NCBI GenBank assembly: GCA_041686345.1 | Contig: JAWLEA010000001.1 | Coordinates: 20,516-84,515, forward strand | Length of the DNA stretch: 64,000 nt | From: Polyangia bacterium | GTDB taxonomy: Bacteria > Myxococcota_A > Polyangia > HGW-17 | Reading direction: 5' to 3' | Shown: positions 26,302 to 35,802 of the stretch, in pieces | How positions within the stretch are numbered: the first letter of the stretch is position 1 | How the letters are laid out: each line of letters opens with the position of its first letter | Notes under the pieces: model-generated | The model's database searches: none | The model's input: only the letters and a program-made list of their open reading frames with translations | What the model was told of the DNA's origin: nothing | Position numbers and translations under genes: made by a program

Positions 26302-26560
26302 TGACAGTTTTTTCATAAAAAAGAGCTTCGTGTTCTGAAAGAACACCGCTTTTTACAGCTCTAATCAATTTATTATTCTGTTTGGGTTTATTTTTATCGG
26401 TTGCTTTATTCAGGCTGGTATTACTTGAAGCAGCTTGATTACGGGAAAAGATAGTCAGATTGGTATAATTGAAAAAGATAAGAACTAAATAAATACCAAC
26501 AAAGAACAGGGAAATACCGGTTTGGAATTTATGCAAATAAAAGGATTTTGGTGAATACAT
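26294..26560 (-). CDS. Small single-pass membrane protein (hypothetical)
   Basis: 88 aa with one TM helix (GISLFFVGIYLVLIFF). Its stop overlaps the ATG of the radical SAM gene (ACTGTCAATGAATAA). Confidence 0.45.
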   Translation of the reverse strand: MYSPKSFYLHKFQTGISLFFVGIYLVLIFFNYTNLTIFSRNQAASSNTSLNKATDKNKPKQNNKLIRAVKSGVLSEHEALFYEKTVNE

Positions 26561-26614
26561 AAAAAAAATATAGCAAATTTAAAAACAATTAAAAGTCTTT
26601 TGGTATTGTAACCA

Positions 26615-26776
26615 GTTCCCATCCCAAAAATGGATATAATCGTCTGACGACGGAAATTTGATTAATCTGCTTTGTCGTAACTTCTTGAAATAGTGTCAAC
26701 TATGTCGGCGCAGTTACTCCGCGCATCTCAATCAAATTTCTTCCCCAGTTAAAAACACCACTTCTGGGATGGGAAC
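26615..26776 (+). mobile_element. MITE-like element, copy D (full length)
   Basis: Canonical termini. The flanking hexamers are TAACCA / TAACTA (5 of 6 identical). Confidence 0.9.
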
Positions 26777-26868
26777 TAACTAATGTGAAAAAATGGTAAA
26801 AGCACTTGCAAATTTTGGTTCAGCTTGTTTTAGATCAATATTTATGGCAAGTTCAGGAATATTAGTTA

Positions 26869-27030
26869 GTTCCCATCCCAAAAAGGAAGGTCATCACCTG
26901 AACGCGGAATTTTATCTCATCAACTTTGTTGTAACTTCTTGAAATAGTGACAACTATGTCTGCGAAGTTATTCCGCGCATCTCAATCCAATTTCTTCACC
27001 AGCCAAAAACCCCACTTCTGGGATGGGAAC
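26869..27030 (+). mobile_element. MITE-like element, copy E (full length, variant left internal module)
   Basis: Canonical termini and a perfect flanking duplication TAGTTA. The internal left segment reads GGAATTTTATCTCATCAAC instead of GGAAATTGAATTAATC. Confidence 0.9.
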
Positions 27031-27076
27031 TAGTTAGAACAATTTAGAACTATTCAGGTACAAGGAGATAATAATC

Positions 27077-28492
27077 ATGATAAAATTTCAATCCATGGAT
27101 CAGGTCACCAACTTTGTGGAACAGGAAAAAATTGCCTGGCTCGATATCAAATTCTGCGATTTTACTGGAAGATTAAGGCATGTCACCTTGCCGGCCAGTG
27201 CCCATTCCCTTAATGTTTTGCGCAATAATGGTCTTGGTTTTGACGCCTCCAGTCTCAATCTTCAGACTCTGGAAAATGCTGATATGGTATTGAAACCTTG
27301 TTTGGATACGGCTTTTATCGACCCTTTTTTCTCGGATAAAACACTTTCCTTTCTGGCTTCGGCGGTTGATGCCGTGACCGGTACCTATTCCGAACTGGAT
27401 CCCAGAAACAGGGCAAAAAAAGCCCGTGATTATGCCCTGAAAGAAGAAATTTGCACCGAAGCATTGTTTGCCCCTGAATATGAATTTTATCTGTTTAAAA
27501 AACTCGAATATAATCAAGGTGTACTTGCTGATGGTTACCGGATTGAACCCCTGGGACACAATGAAGTTTCTGCAGAACTCAACTTTGGTATCCATGAAGG
27601 TTATCACAGTGCTCCTCCCGAAGATAAATCACTCCAATTCAGGTTGGAAACTGCCAAAATCCTGGGAGAACTGGGAGTTGAAATTCATTATCACCACCAT
27701 GAAGTAGGTGGATTTGGCCAGGGAGAATTTGAAGTTGGTCTTACTCCCATGGTAAGAGCAGCTGACGAAGCTGTTCTGATCAAGTACGTAGCCCGTCAGG
27801 TGGCGGCAAAGATGGGGTTTTCCATTACCTTCATGCCCAAACCTCTGGCCGGTCACCCCGGCAACGGCATGCATTGTCATCAGACTTTGATGAATAATAA
27901 TAAAAATCTTTTTTACGACAAAGATGGTTATTGCGGACTCAGTCAAATGGCAACGGATTATATCTGCGGCATTCTTTACAACGGACCCGCTCTGTTGGCT
28001 TTAACCAATCCTTCAACCAACAGTTATCGTCGCTTGATTCCTGGTTTCGAGGCTCCCACCAGGCTCTTTTTCAGCGGAGGCAATCGCAGTGCGGCCATCA
28101 GAATTCCCATGTACGCCAAAAATACAGGAGAACAACGTATTGAATTTCGTTCCCCCGATGCCACCGCTAATCCCTATTTTTTAATTGCAGGTCAACTTAT
28201 GGCAGGAATTGACGGGATCAAAAACAAATATGATCCCCAAAAAAACAACTTTGGTCCTGTTGAAGACAATATTTTCAACTGGCCTCCCGAAAGGCAGCAG
28301 ACCCTTAAAGCATTGCCGGAAACTTTGGACCGGGCTCTTTCAACTTTAAAGGCAAATAGCAGTTTTCTGGAAAAAGGCTCGACTTTTACCAATCAATTTA
28401 TTAATAAGTGGATTAAAGTCAAGAAAACTGAATTGAATGAATTCAGAGGTGTTCCCCATCCTCTGGAATTAAAAAAATATTACGGAGTATAG
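27077..28492 (+). CDS. glnA: Glutamine synthetase, type I
   Basis: Motifs FDASS, PEYEFYLF, HHHEVGG.GQGE, FMPKPLAGHPGNGMHCHQ and NSYRRLIPGFEAP. RBS AAGGAG is present. Confidence 0.92.
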   Translation: MIKFQSMDQVTNFVEQEKIAWLDIKFCDFTGRLRHVTLPASAHSLNVLRNNGLGFDASSLNLQTLENADMVLKPCLDTAFIDPFFSDKTLSFLASAVDAVTGTYSELDPRNRAKKARDYALKEEICTEALFAPEYEFYLFKKLEYNQGVLADGYRIEPLGHNEVSAELNFGIHEGYHSAPPEDKSLQFRLETAKILGELGVEIHYHHHEVGGFGQGEFEVGLTPMVRAADEAVLIKYVARQVAAKMGFSITFMPKPLAGHPGNGMHCHQTLMNNNKNLFYDKDGYCGLSQMATDYICGILYNGPALLALTNPSTNSYRRLIPGFEAPTRLFFSGGNRSAAIRIPMYAKNTGEQRIEFRSPDATANPYFLIAGQLMAGIDGIKNKYDPQKNNFGPVEDNIFNWPPERQQTLKALPETLDRALSTLKANSSFLEKGSTFTNQFINKWIKVKKTELNEFRGVPHPLELKKYYGV

Positions 28493-28494
28493 TA

Positions 28495-31400
28495 ATGACC
28501 GCAAAGACAAAGAGTCCCAAGAAGGATAATTTTTTCTCTGACACGATCAACAGCACCAAATCACTTCTGATTGATTTCAGAAATTTTGCCTTTGCCGGGT
28601 TCAGTCCCACCCAAATTGTTCGCAATCTCATGGGGCTGACAATTCTGGTTGTTTTTTTCAGTGTAGTGCTTGGGTATTCTTTCGATCACAAAAGTGAACT
28701 CACCTCTTTTTTCTATTCTTTTTTCAAAACAATTTATTATTTTAGCGGCTTTATGGTCGTGCTCAAAATTCTCCAGGTTGTTTTCCGGAAAAAATTGAAT
28801 TTATCCAAAAACAGTGTAGCTGTATTGAACCTCTTGACCCTGAGCTTGGTTTTCCTGAGTTTTCTGGGGATAGGATTGTCTTTTTATCATACACAACGTT
28901 ATTACCGCTTGTTTGTTGTACCCAAGATTATTCTTCTTTACCCCGGAGCTTCAATTCTACTGGGGTTGACAACAATAACCCTGATTTTTGAAAAAAAGAT
29001 CAGAAAAAGTGTAATCAGAACTTCTTTGTTCATAATAATAGGTTTCTACGCCCTCTGGTTGCTGGTCAACATTTTTGTTTCCACCATGCCTCTGGTAACT
29101 TTTTTCGGTTCGGTGGTTCGTCAGATGGGAGTTATCTCCATCTGGTCCATGTTGATCATGGCGGTAGCCACTGCCCTTTGGTTACGCGGCGATAAAAAAC
29201 GCTTTAAAATTCTCTTCCACTTTGTTCTTTTCGTCGGCCTGCTCCTGTCTTTACGTGCTTTTTACGAAATGACCAGAACGGACGTCAATTCTTATCGTCC
29301 TTCAGGTTTTGCCGGTAATCCCGATTATTATGCCAATAACCTTGTTTTTACGGTTCTTTTTTCACTCTTTGCTTTTCTCCAGTCTCGTCGCAATAAGCTC
29401 GAATCAATTTGGACCGGACTGGTTTTCATGGCAAGTTTTTATGCACTGGTTCTCAGTAGAACCAGAGGAGCCTGGCTGGGTCTGGGATTTGCAAGTACAA
29501 TCGGCATGCTGGTTTTTAATCCTTCCCATTTTCTTAAAATCAGGGAAATCCGCTTTAAACTAGTTTCCATCTTGGCCATGGTCCTGGCCGGTTTTATTAT
29601 GTATTATTTTTATATTGGCTCGGTATTACCTCCTGACGGCATTAAAGCCGGTCTGATCAATAGTGCTCAGCAAGTTGTAGCCAGACGGGTTACTAATTCT
29701 ATTTTTGTTTTAATGACCATAGCTCCCATTTTGGCTCGACTACTCTGGAATTCTTTTGCTAAAATCAAGTTGCGCCTCTCTGTGTTCGGCAGCCTGATGC
29801 TGATTTCTTCTCTCTTCCTGGTAATTCCCCAAACCAGAAAACCTATTTTCGTTCTGGTGGACAAGGCTTTGCATGTTCGCAAAATTTTCCGTCCCAAACA
29901 CGGTGAACCCAGATTGAAATTATGGGAGGACACCCTCCCCATGATCGCAGATCACTGGTTTTTAGGAGTTGGACGTGAAACTTACAGGGTCAATTTTCTC
30001 CAGTACAAAACCTTCGATCTGGCGTACAGGGATCCTGGAGTCAATTATCGCTCTTCCCACAATATGTTTGTCGATCAGGTTGTAATGGAGGGTTTCCCGG
30101 GTATCATCTTCTTCCTCTTGATTATGGGGATTGGAATCTGGCTCATCTTTGTGCGTAATCGCAAAGACAAAGAAGATGCTCAGACAGGACTGCTTTTAAC
30201 CGGAGTAGGCTTGGCTGTTTTTGGATATATCGGCCACTCCATTACAATTTATGATGTTTTGCCTTCTTCCGCTTATATTTACCTCAGTCTGGGCATGGCT
30301 CTGGGAATGGCAGCTCCCCGACTGGTCAAGCTCGGCAATAAAAACCTTAAAAAATCTCAAAATCCCAAAAGATGGAATTTGAAATATCTGCAGAAGGCAA
30401 TTGCGGCCGGAGTGGTAATTGCAATTATCACTGTTCCTGCAGTTTATTATGTAAGTCGGCACCACTATGCCGATAAATATCTTTCTCAATTATCCTATGC
30501 TTCCGGTGCTCTCAAGCAATTTCGCAATTCACTGGGAAATAAATACAAAGTTGAACAAAAGATGAAAAGCGCCAGAACTGCAAGTACAGTTATGCTCAAG
30601 TCCAATCCCCCCGAGCGCCATCTCAACCAGATTGCCAAAAATTTCAAAATACCCCGGAAAAACCTGAACAACCCCAAATTGCGCCGTCGCTATGCCAACT
30701 CCATCAGGAATAAAATCAAAAAACAACAGCACCTTGTGGATAATGTAATTATTCCCAATATCAAAAAAGTTGTGAAATATGCCAAGAAGGTCAAATATTA
30801 TGATCCCGGTCTTGGTTATCATCCTTATATGGTTGGGCATTTGGGACAAGTGCTTATGCAGTATCAAAGTTACGGAATCGGAATGACAGGGGATAAACTA
30901 CATGAATTTCTGCTGGATGCTTCCCGCAGGGGTGTTCATAACAACACCAATCCCGAAAGTGCCTATTCCAGGTTGGCCAGCGGTTATTATGCGGTTGCCA
31001 CTTTTCATTTCAATCAGCAAAACTACAAAAAGGCCTGGGAAAATTATCAAAAAGCATTGGAGGCGGTACAGGGTTCCATCAACCACGATCGTGTTTATTA
31101 TGATACCCATCGCATCAAATCTCTCTTTCTTTTGCGCAAATTCTGTGAAATTGAAAAATCCGAGAAAGAGTTGAACAAAGCCAAGGATATTTTGATCAAT
31201 TCTATCATGTCTCGTTATCACAAGATTCTGCAAACCTATTCCCCCATGTATTTCAAAATAGCTGTTGCCTATTTCGAGCGGGCCCAATCCGGGGACAACC
31301 AAAAAAAGGTAGTTGATTACAAAAAGGTAGTTCGAGTTTTGGGAACAATTTCTCAGGTTGAACAATTTCTCAATCGGAAAAAAATAAAGAACAATCGGAA

Positions 31401-31800
31401 AAAAATTGAAAAAATCAATGAACAACTGAGCAAGTTGAAAAACAGATTGAAAGCTTTAAAATCAGGAGCCGGGGGTAAAAACCCCGCCAATTATCTTTCT
31501 CAAATCAATCGATTGGAAAGCAAGGAACAAGAGTTACAAAAGGAATTGGCTGAAAAAACCAAAAAAGATGAATCATTATCCAGAAGAATGAAATTAATCG
31601 AGAAGACTGCCACCAGAACAGATAAAATGAAAACCGGACTCAATCAACTTGCCAAAGAAGAAAAGCCGGATAGCCGGGATTTGGTCACCTATAAAAAGAA
31701 AATAGAAAAACTTTTCCAAGTTTTCCCAGGCAAAAAATCTTCCAGTATTTATTCCACCTGCCGCAAGAATCTTGAACTTATGAAAGGAGCAGCCAAGTGA
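28495..31800 (+). CDS. Large polytopic membrane protein with O-antigen-ligase/Wzy_C-like domain and long C-terminal helical/coiled-coil region
   Basis: There are more than 10 predicted TM helices. SRTRGAWLGLGFAS is typical of the O-antigen ligase family. The C-terminal ~450 aa are Lys-rich and helical. The ATG lies 2 nt after the glnA stop. Confidence 0.6.
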   Translation: MTAKTKSPKKDNFFSDTINSTKSLLIDFRNFAFAGFSPTQIVRNLMGLTILVVFFSVVLGYSFDHKSELTSFFYSFFKTIYYFSGFMVVLKILQVVFRKKLNLSKNSVAVLNLLTLSLVFLSFLGIGLSFYHTQRYYRLFVVPKIILLYPGASILLGLTTITLIFEKKIRKSVIRTSLFIIIGFYALWLLVNIFVSTMPLVTFFGSVVRQMGVISIWSMLIMAVATALWLRGDKKRFKILFHFVLFVGLLLSLRAFYEMTRTDVNSYRPSGFAGNPDYYANNLVFTVLFSLFAFLQSRRNKLESIWTGLVFMASFYALVLSRTRGAWLGLGFASTIGMLVFNPSHFLKIREIRFKLVSILAMVLAGFIMYYFYIGSVLPPDGIKAGLINSAQQVVARRVTNSIFVLMTIAPILARLLWNSFAKIKLRLSVFGSLMLISSLFLVIPQTRKPIFVLVDKALHVRKIFRPKHGEPRLKLWEDTLPMIADHWFLGVGRETYRVNFLQYKTFDLAYRDPGVNYRSSHNMFVDQVVMEGFPGIIFFLLIMGIGIWLIFVRNRKDKEDAQTGLLLTGVGLAVFGYIGHSITIYDVLPSSAYIYLSLGMALGMAAPRLVKLGNKNLKKSQNPKRWNLKYLQKAIAAGVVIAIITVPAVYYVSRHHYADKYLSQLSYASGALKQFRNSLGNKYKVEQKMKSARTASTVMLKSNPPERHLNQIAKNFKIPRKNLNNPKLRRRYANSIRNKIKKQQHLVDNVIIPNIKKVVKYAKKVKYYDPGLGYHPYMVGHLGQVLMQYQSYGIGMTGDKLHEFLLDASRRGVHNNTNPESAYSRLASGYYAVATFHFNQQNYKKAWENYQKALEAVQGSINHDRVYYDTHRIKSLFLLRKFCEIEKSEKELNKAKDILINSIMSRYHKILQTYSPMYFKIAVAYFERAQSGDNQKKVVDYKKVVRVLGTISQVEQFLNRKKIKNNRKKIEKINEQLSKLKNRLKALKSGAGGKNPANYLSQINRLESKEQELQKELAEKTKKDESLSRRMKLIEKTATRTDKMKTGLNQLAKEEKPDSRDLVTYKKKIEKLFQVFPGKKSSSIYSTCRKNLELMKGAAK

Positions 31801-33065
31801 CGGTAACTATTGCTTTGGGCTTACAATGGGGTGACGAAGGCAAGGGCAAGATGGTAGATTATCTTTCTGAAAATGCAGATCTGGTTATCAGAGCAGCCGG
31901 GGGAGCCAATGCCGGCCATACTATTGTCAACAACGATAAAAAATATATTCTTCATCATCTTCCTTCGGGACTTATTCATGCTCGTGCTCAAGCTTATCTT
32001 GCTTCCGGCATGGTAATAGATCCTTTCTCCCTGCTCAAAGAAATCCAGGATATTGAAAAACAGGGTCTGGGGGATCTGCGCAACCGAATCAAGATTTCAC
32101 CGGCTGCTCATCTGATTCTCCCCTGGCACCGGGATCTGGAAAAAATCAGGGAAAAAAGTCCCGGGGCCATTGGTACAACTCTCAAGGGAATCGGACCTGC
32201 TTACGAAAGCAGAGCTTCCCGCAAAGGTTTACCCCTGGGCTTGCTGAAATACCCCGATCTTCTCAAACAGAAGCTCATCTCAATATCACAGGATTTTGCT
32301 CCATTTTTTGAAAAAGCGGGAGTTTCAGTGGATTCTGCGAATCAAGTTCATGCTCGGTTGCTCCGGGTAGCCCGGGAAATTGTTCCCATGCTTGGAGATC
32401 TGCAACCCCTGCTGGATAAATATCTCCAAAAAGACAACAGCGAAATTATACTGGAAGGTGCTCAAGGTGCTTTACTTGATATAAATCATGGTACTTATCC
32501 TTATGTTACTTCTTCATCCACAATTTCCGGAGGTTTGCTCTCCGGTACCGGACTGGGGCCTTTGCAGATTGATGAAGCAGTTGGAATAATGAAGGCTTAT
32601 ACTACCAGAGTCGGCAACGGACCTTTTCCCACTGAGATTCACGGAGAAACAGGCCACAAAATGGCAAAAATCGGGGGTGAATTCGGTGCTACCACCGGAA
32701 GACCCCGTCGCTGTGGCTGGCTTGATCTTGTCGCTTTGAAACATGCAGTTAATTTGACAGGAGTCAGAGATCTGGTCATAACCAAAATTGATGTACTTTC
32801 AGTTTTCGAGAAGATAAAAGTTTGCACTGCCTATAATCTTCCCTCAGGAAAAAACAGCAGGTTTTTTCCTGAGGATCCCTGGATTCTGGAAAAATGCAGC
32901 CCGATATATAAAACTTTTCCCTCCTGGAATATTTCAGGAAATCTTGAAGTTGATAATATTGACCCGGCTTTGCAAGCTTTTATCAAAATGATTGAAGAAT
33001 ATGTCGGAGCTCGAGTTTCCTTTTTATCCTGGGGTCCCCAGCGTCATAAAACCCTGAGGGTTTGA
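31797..33065 (+). CDS. purA: Adenylosuccinate synthetase
   Basis: Motifs GLQWGDEGKGKMVDYL, GGANAGHT, TLKGIGPAYE and GATTGRPRRCGWLD. The GTG start overlaps the upstream stop (GTGA) and is preceded by AAGGAG. Confidence 0.92.
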   Translation: MTVTIALGLQWGDEGKGKMVDYLSENADLVIRAAGGANAGHTIVNNDKKYILHHLPSGLIHARAQAYLASGMVIDPFSLLKEIQDIEKQGLGDLRNRIKISPAAHLILPWHRDLEKIREKSPGAIGTTLKGIGPAYESRASRKGLPLGLLKYPDLLKQKLISISQDFAPFFEKAGVSVDSANQVHARLLRVAREIVPMLGDLQPLLDKYLQKDNSEIILEGAQGALLDINHGTYPYVTSSSTISGGLLSGTGLGPLQIDEAVGIMKAYTTRVGNGPFPTEIHGETGHKMAKIGGEFGATTGRPRRCGWLDLVALKHAVNLTGVRDLVITKIDVLSVFEKIKVCTAYNLPSGKNSRFFPEDPWILEKCSPIYKTFPSWNISGNLEVDNIDPALQAFIKMIEEYVGARVSFLSWGPQRHKTLRV

Positions 33066-33082
33066 AGGTTGGAGGAATTGTT

Positions 33083-33280
33083 ATGACCAGAAAAAGAAGC
33101 GATCAAAAAGACCAGAAAAAAAAATCCGGCGGTGCCATGAGAAGTTTAAGGGGTGGTTTCAAAAAGACTGCCAAGAGTTTGACAGGTAAATCAAAAAAGA
33201 GTAAATCTGTTGACTGGTTGATCAATCTGCTGATTCTGGCAATGGTTGTTTATCTTGTTTATAAGTATTTTATTCAATAA
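33083..33280 (+). CDS. Small basic protein with C-terminal TM anchor (hypothetical)
   Basis: The ATG at 33083 follows GGAGG. It has a Lys/Arg-rich N-terminus, then WLINLLILAMVVYLVYKYF. Confidence 0.45.
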   Translation: MTRKRSDQKDQKKKSGGAMRSLRGGFKKTAKSLTGKSKKSKSVDWLINLLILAMVVYLVYKYFIQ

Positions 33281-33385
33281 TAACAAATTGTTACAGTTGT
33301 TGACCCAGAGTCGGCAACCGTCAAAAGCTGTTGGCTGATTATGTTTTTATGGTAATCACAGGGTTGAAATCAGAAATATTTTGTT

Positions 33386-34234
33386 ATGGTCAAAACTTTT
33401 TCAGAAATTTTTACAATTTTTTTTGTTCTGAGTTTTATTATGATCAAAGATGTTCAGAGCAGAAAAAAAAAGAAAGCCAAGAAGAATGTCTGGAATAAAA
33501 CTTCCCAGATGATGAAATATATCAAGAAAATTAGAGTTCCCCAAAAGGGAATGGACAAGCAATGTGTGGCTCGTTTGCGGGCCAAAGGCGTTCGCTTTCA
33601 ATTGTTATCCAAGGTTAAACACATCAATACCCCCATCAAAATAAAACAAAAATCTCTGGGTGGTGTTTTGTATCGCAGAGCATGGAACAACAAAACAGCT
33701 CCCTTTATTTTAAATTGCAAGATGGTTGAAAACCTTATTCTTGCCGGTCCTTATCTCAGACGTTACGGAATTGCCAGTGTCTATTGGACTTCCGCCTGGA
33801 GATATTCGTTTATTCACGGGACAAAAAAATTAAGTAATCATGTTTATGGGAATGCAATTGATATTACAGCCATTGATGGTGGTTTCGGATATGCTTCCCT
33901 CTCAAGTCATTGGGAGAGGGGTTGCGGAGGTTGCGGTCACAATTGCAAAACTAAAAAAGGAAGAGCCCTGCGGGCTTTTTCATGTGCCACTCGTGGTAAA
34001 AAATTGTTTAAAGCGGTTTTGACTCCTGATTATGATGCTTTGCACGCTGATCATTATCATTTGGGAAATCCTGCAGCCAATGTCAAACTCAAGGTAAAGA
34101 TCAAAGCAAAACATTTGACAGGGACAAAATCATCGCAAAAATCAAAGGGGAGTGCTGCTTCCAGAAATCACTGGGTAAAAGGCAAGGTGGAAAGAAAGTG
34201 GGAACCTTCCCGTTCCAGACCGCCTCATTATTAA
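33386..34234 (+). CDS. LAS-superfamily (M15/extensin-like C-terminal domain) zinc peptidase-like secreted protein
   Basis: Signal peptide present. LSNHVYGNAIDIT (S-x-H-x-x-G-x-A-x-D) plus LHADHYHL (H-x-H) are typical of LAS metallopeptidases. Confidence 0.6.
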   Translation: MVKTFSEIFTIFFVLSFIMIKDVQSRKKKKAKKNVWNKTSQMMKYIKKIRVPQKGMDKQCVARLRAKGVRFQLLSKVKHINTPIKIKQKSLGGVLYRRAWNNKTAPFILNCKMVENLILAGPYLRRYGIASVYWTSAWRYSFIHGTKKLSNHVYGNAIDITAIDGGFGYASLSSHWERGCGGCGHNCKTKKGRALRAFSCATRGKKLFKAVLTPDYDALHADHYHLGNPAANVKLKVKIKAKHLTGTKSSQKSKGSAASRNHWVKGKVERKWEPSRSRPPHY

Positions 34235-34436
34235 TTCCCATTTCAGAATTTCATTGTCCGAGACCAGGTATTTGTCAAAAACATGAGTAGACAATTTTTT
34301 TCAGGTTTTTTATTCTGTTTTTGAAATTTGACAAAGAAGAAGAGTATAATATTTTTGATTTGTTGAACAATTTTAAACTGGAATTTTTCTCAGTTTTATT
34401 TCTGAGTTGAATTTCATGATAAAGGGAGTTTATCCT

Positions 34437-35273
34437 ATGAACATAAACAAAATTAAATCCAGAGAAATAAGCTTTATTCATTTTTTCTTTCTGTTGTCTT
34501 CCTTGCTGGCATTGAATTGGGGTTGCGAAAAGAAAAAAACCTGTCCCTACGGACAGAAAAAAGTTGGAGATAAATGCAGATGTAAATTTAATTCCAACTG
34601 TCCCAAAGACAAAGTTTGTAAAAATGGCAAATGTGTAATCAAGGTCAAAAAAGACACCTGCCCAGATGTTCCCTGTACCCAAGGCAAAGTTTGTAAAAAT
34701 GGCAAATGTGTCAATTGTGAGAATGATCAGGAATGCGGAAAGGGAAGACATTGCAGTGACGGTCTTTGCAAAAAAAATGGCAATGAATGCAGTCCCGATA
34801 AAGATTGCCCCTTGGGACAAAAATGTGAACATGGATATTGTGTAAAACACAAGGGGGTTGGACCAAAGTGTTCGGGAGCCGATTGTATCAACGCACCCTG
34901 CAGTTTGAAACCTGTATTTTTCAATTATAATGAAGCCAATATTCCCTCTTTTTCACAGCAGGCACTCAAACATAATATAAACTGTCTTAGAAAGGCCTAC
35001 GACAAAGATATCAAAAAAGTTCACCTGATTGGAATGTGTGATCCCCGTGGTCCAACAACCTTTAATGACGATCTGGCCAGTTTGAGAATAAAGTCAGTAA
35101 TTGACAGAATGACCCTGCAGGCACCTTCTTTAATGAAAAAGTTCGAGGTTTCCACCGAACCCCTTGGTGAAACCTGTGCCAAAGGTACAGGTTCCACCGG
35201 TTGGAAAAAAGACAGAAGAGTTCAATTTGTCTGGTATCGCAGTGATAAAGTTTGTCCCGTTATTGAAGAATAA
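34437..35273 (+). CDS. Pal/OmpA-like peptidoglycan-associated lipoprotein with N-terminal Cys-rich knots
   Basis: The ATG at 34437 follows AGGGAG. Lipobox LALNWGC. Repeated C.KDKVCKNGKCV motifs. The C-terminal OmpA-like domain reads FFNYNEANI...GMCDPRGPTTFNDDLASLR...DRRVQF. Confidence 0.7.
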   Translation: MNINKIKSREISFIHFFFLLSSLLALNWGCEKKKTCPYGQKKVGDKCRCKFNSNCPKDKVCKNGKCVIKVKKDTCPDVPCTQGKVCKNGKCVNCENDQECGKGRHCSDGLCKKNGNECSPDKDCPLGQKCEHGYCVKHKGVGPKCSGADCINAPCSLKPVFFNYNEANIPSFSQQALKHNINCLRKAYDKDIKKVHLIGMCDPRGPTTFNDDLASLRIKSVIDRMTLQAPSLMKKFEVSTEPLGETCAKGTGSTGWKKDRRVQFVWYRSDKVCPVIEE

Positions 35274-35284
35274 TCAGGTTTGCA

Positions 35285-35782
35285 ATGAAAATATTCATCT
35301 TTATTTGCAACAAAATAATTAAAAGGTCCAAAGGTCTTTTTCTTTTTTTCCTTTTATTTTTAAATTTGGTGGTTTTGACCGGTTGTGCCAGATATCTTGC
35401 CTCCCGCAAACAATTTGACAAAATTGACAAGGAAGCGGCTCTGGTAGAGGAAGAACTGGCAGATGCCAATCTTTCCGCCCAGAAGAGGCACAGAGTTCTG
35501 GGCACTCAATTAAAGGAAATCAAATCCATAAAAAAAGAACGTCAATTGTTTCAAGGAGCCATGAACCGAATGTCAACCGCTCTTTTTCAAGATATTAAAG
35601 AATTGACTCGAGCTGTGGCTGACCTGACCTCCAGATTGGATAAACTGGAAAAAAAGGCCGAAACTTTGTTGGAAAAGAGAGCCCGGCAAAAACAAATCGT
35701 AGAAAAAAAATGGGATAAAAAGATTAAAAATCTGGAACAGAAAGCCTGCAAAAAATGGCCGGGACTTGAAGGGTGCAGATAA
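35285..35782 (+). CDS. Coiled-coil lipoprotein (hypothetical)
   Basis: Lipobox LVVLTGC; the remainder is predicted coiled coil. Confidence 0.55.
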   Translation: MKIFIFICNKIIKRSKGLFLFFLLFLNLVVLTGCARYLASRKQFDKIDKEAALVEEELADANLSAQKRHRVLGTQLKEIKSIKKERQLFQGAMNRMSTALFQDIKELTRAVADLTSRLDKLEKKAETLLEKRARQKQIVEKKWDKKIKNLEQKACKKWPGLEGCR

Positions 35783-35802
35783 TAATTGGAAAATGAGGAA
35801 TT

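Noticed and set aside
26794-26810. A sigma-54 promoter-like motif TGGTAAAAGCACTTGCA upstream of glnA.
   Set aside because: There are 11 nt between the GG and GC dinucleotides instead of the strictly conserved 10. It is kept only as a note within the glnA finding.
34275-34850. A 191-aa minus-strand ORF overlapping the Pal-like gene.
   Set aside because: Its hydrophobic, repetitive translation is antisense to Cys/Lys-rich repeats. The plus strand has an SD, a lipobox and an OmpA domain.
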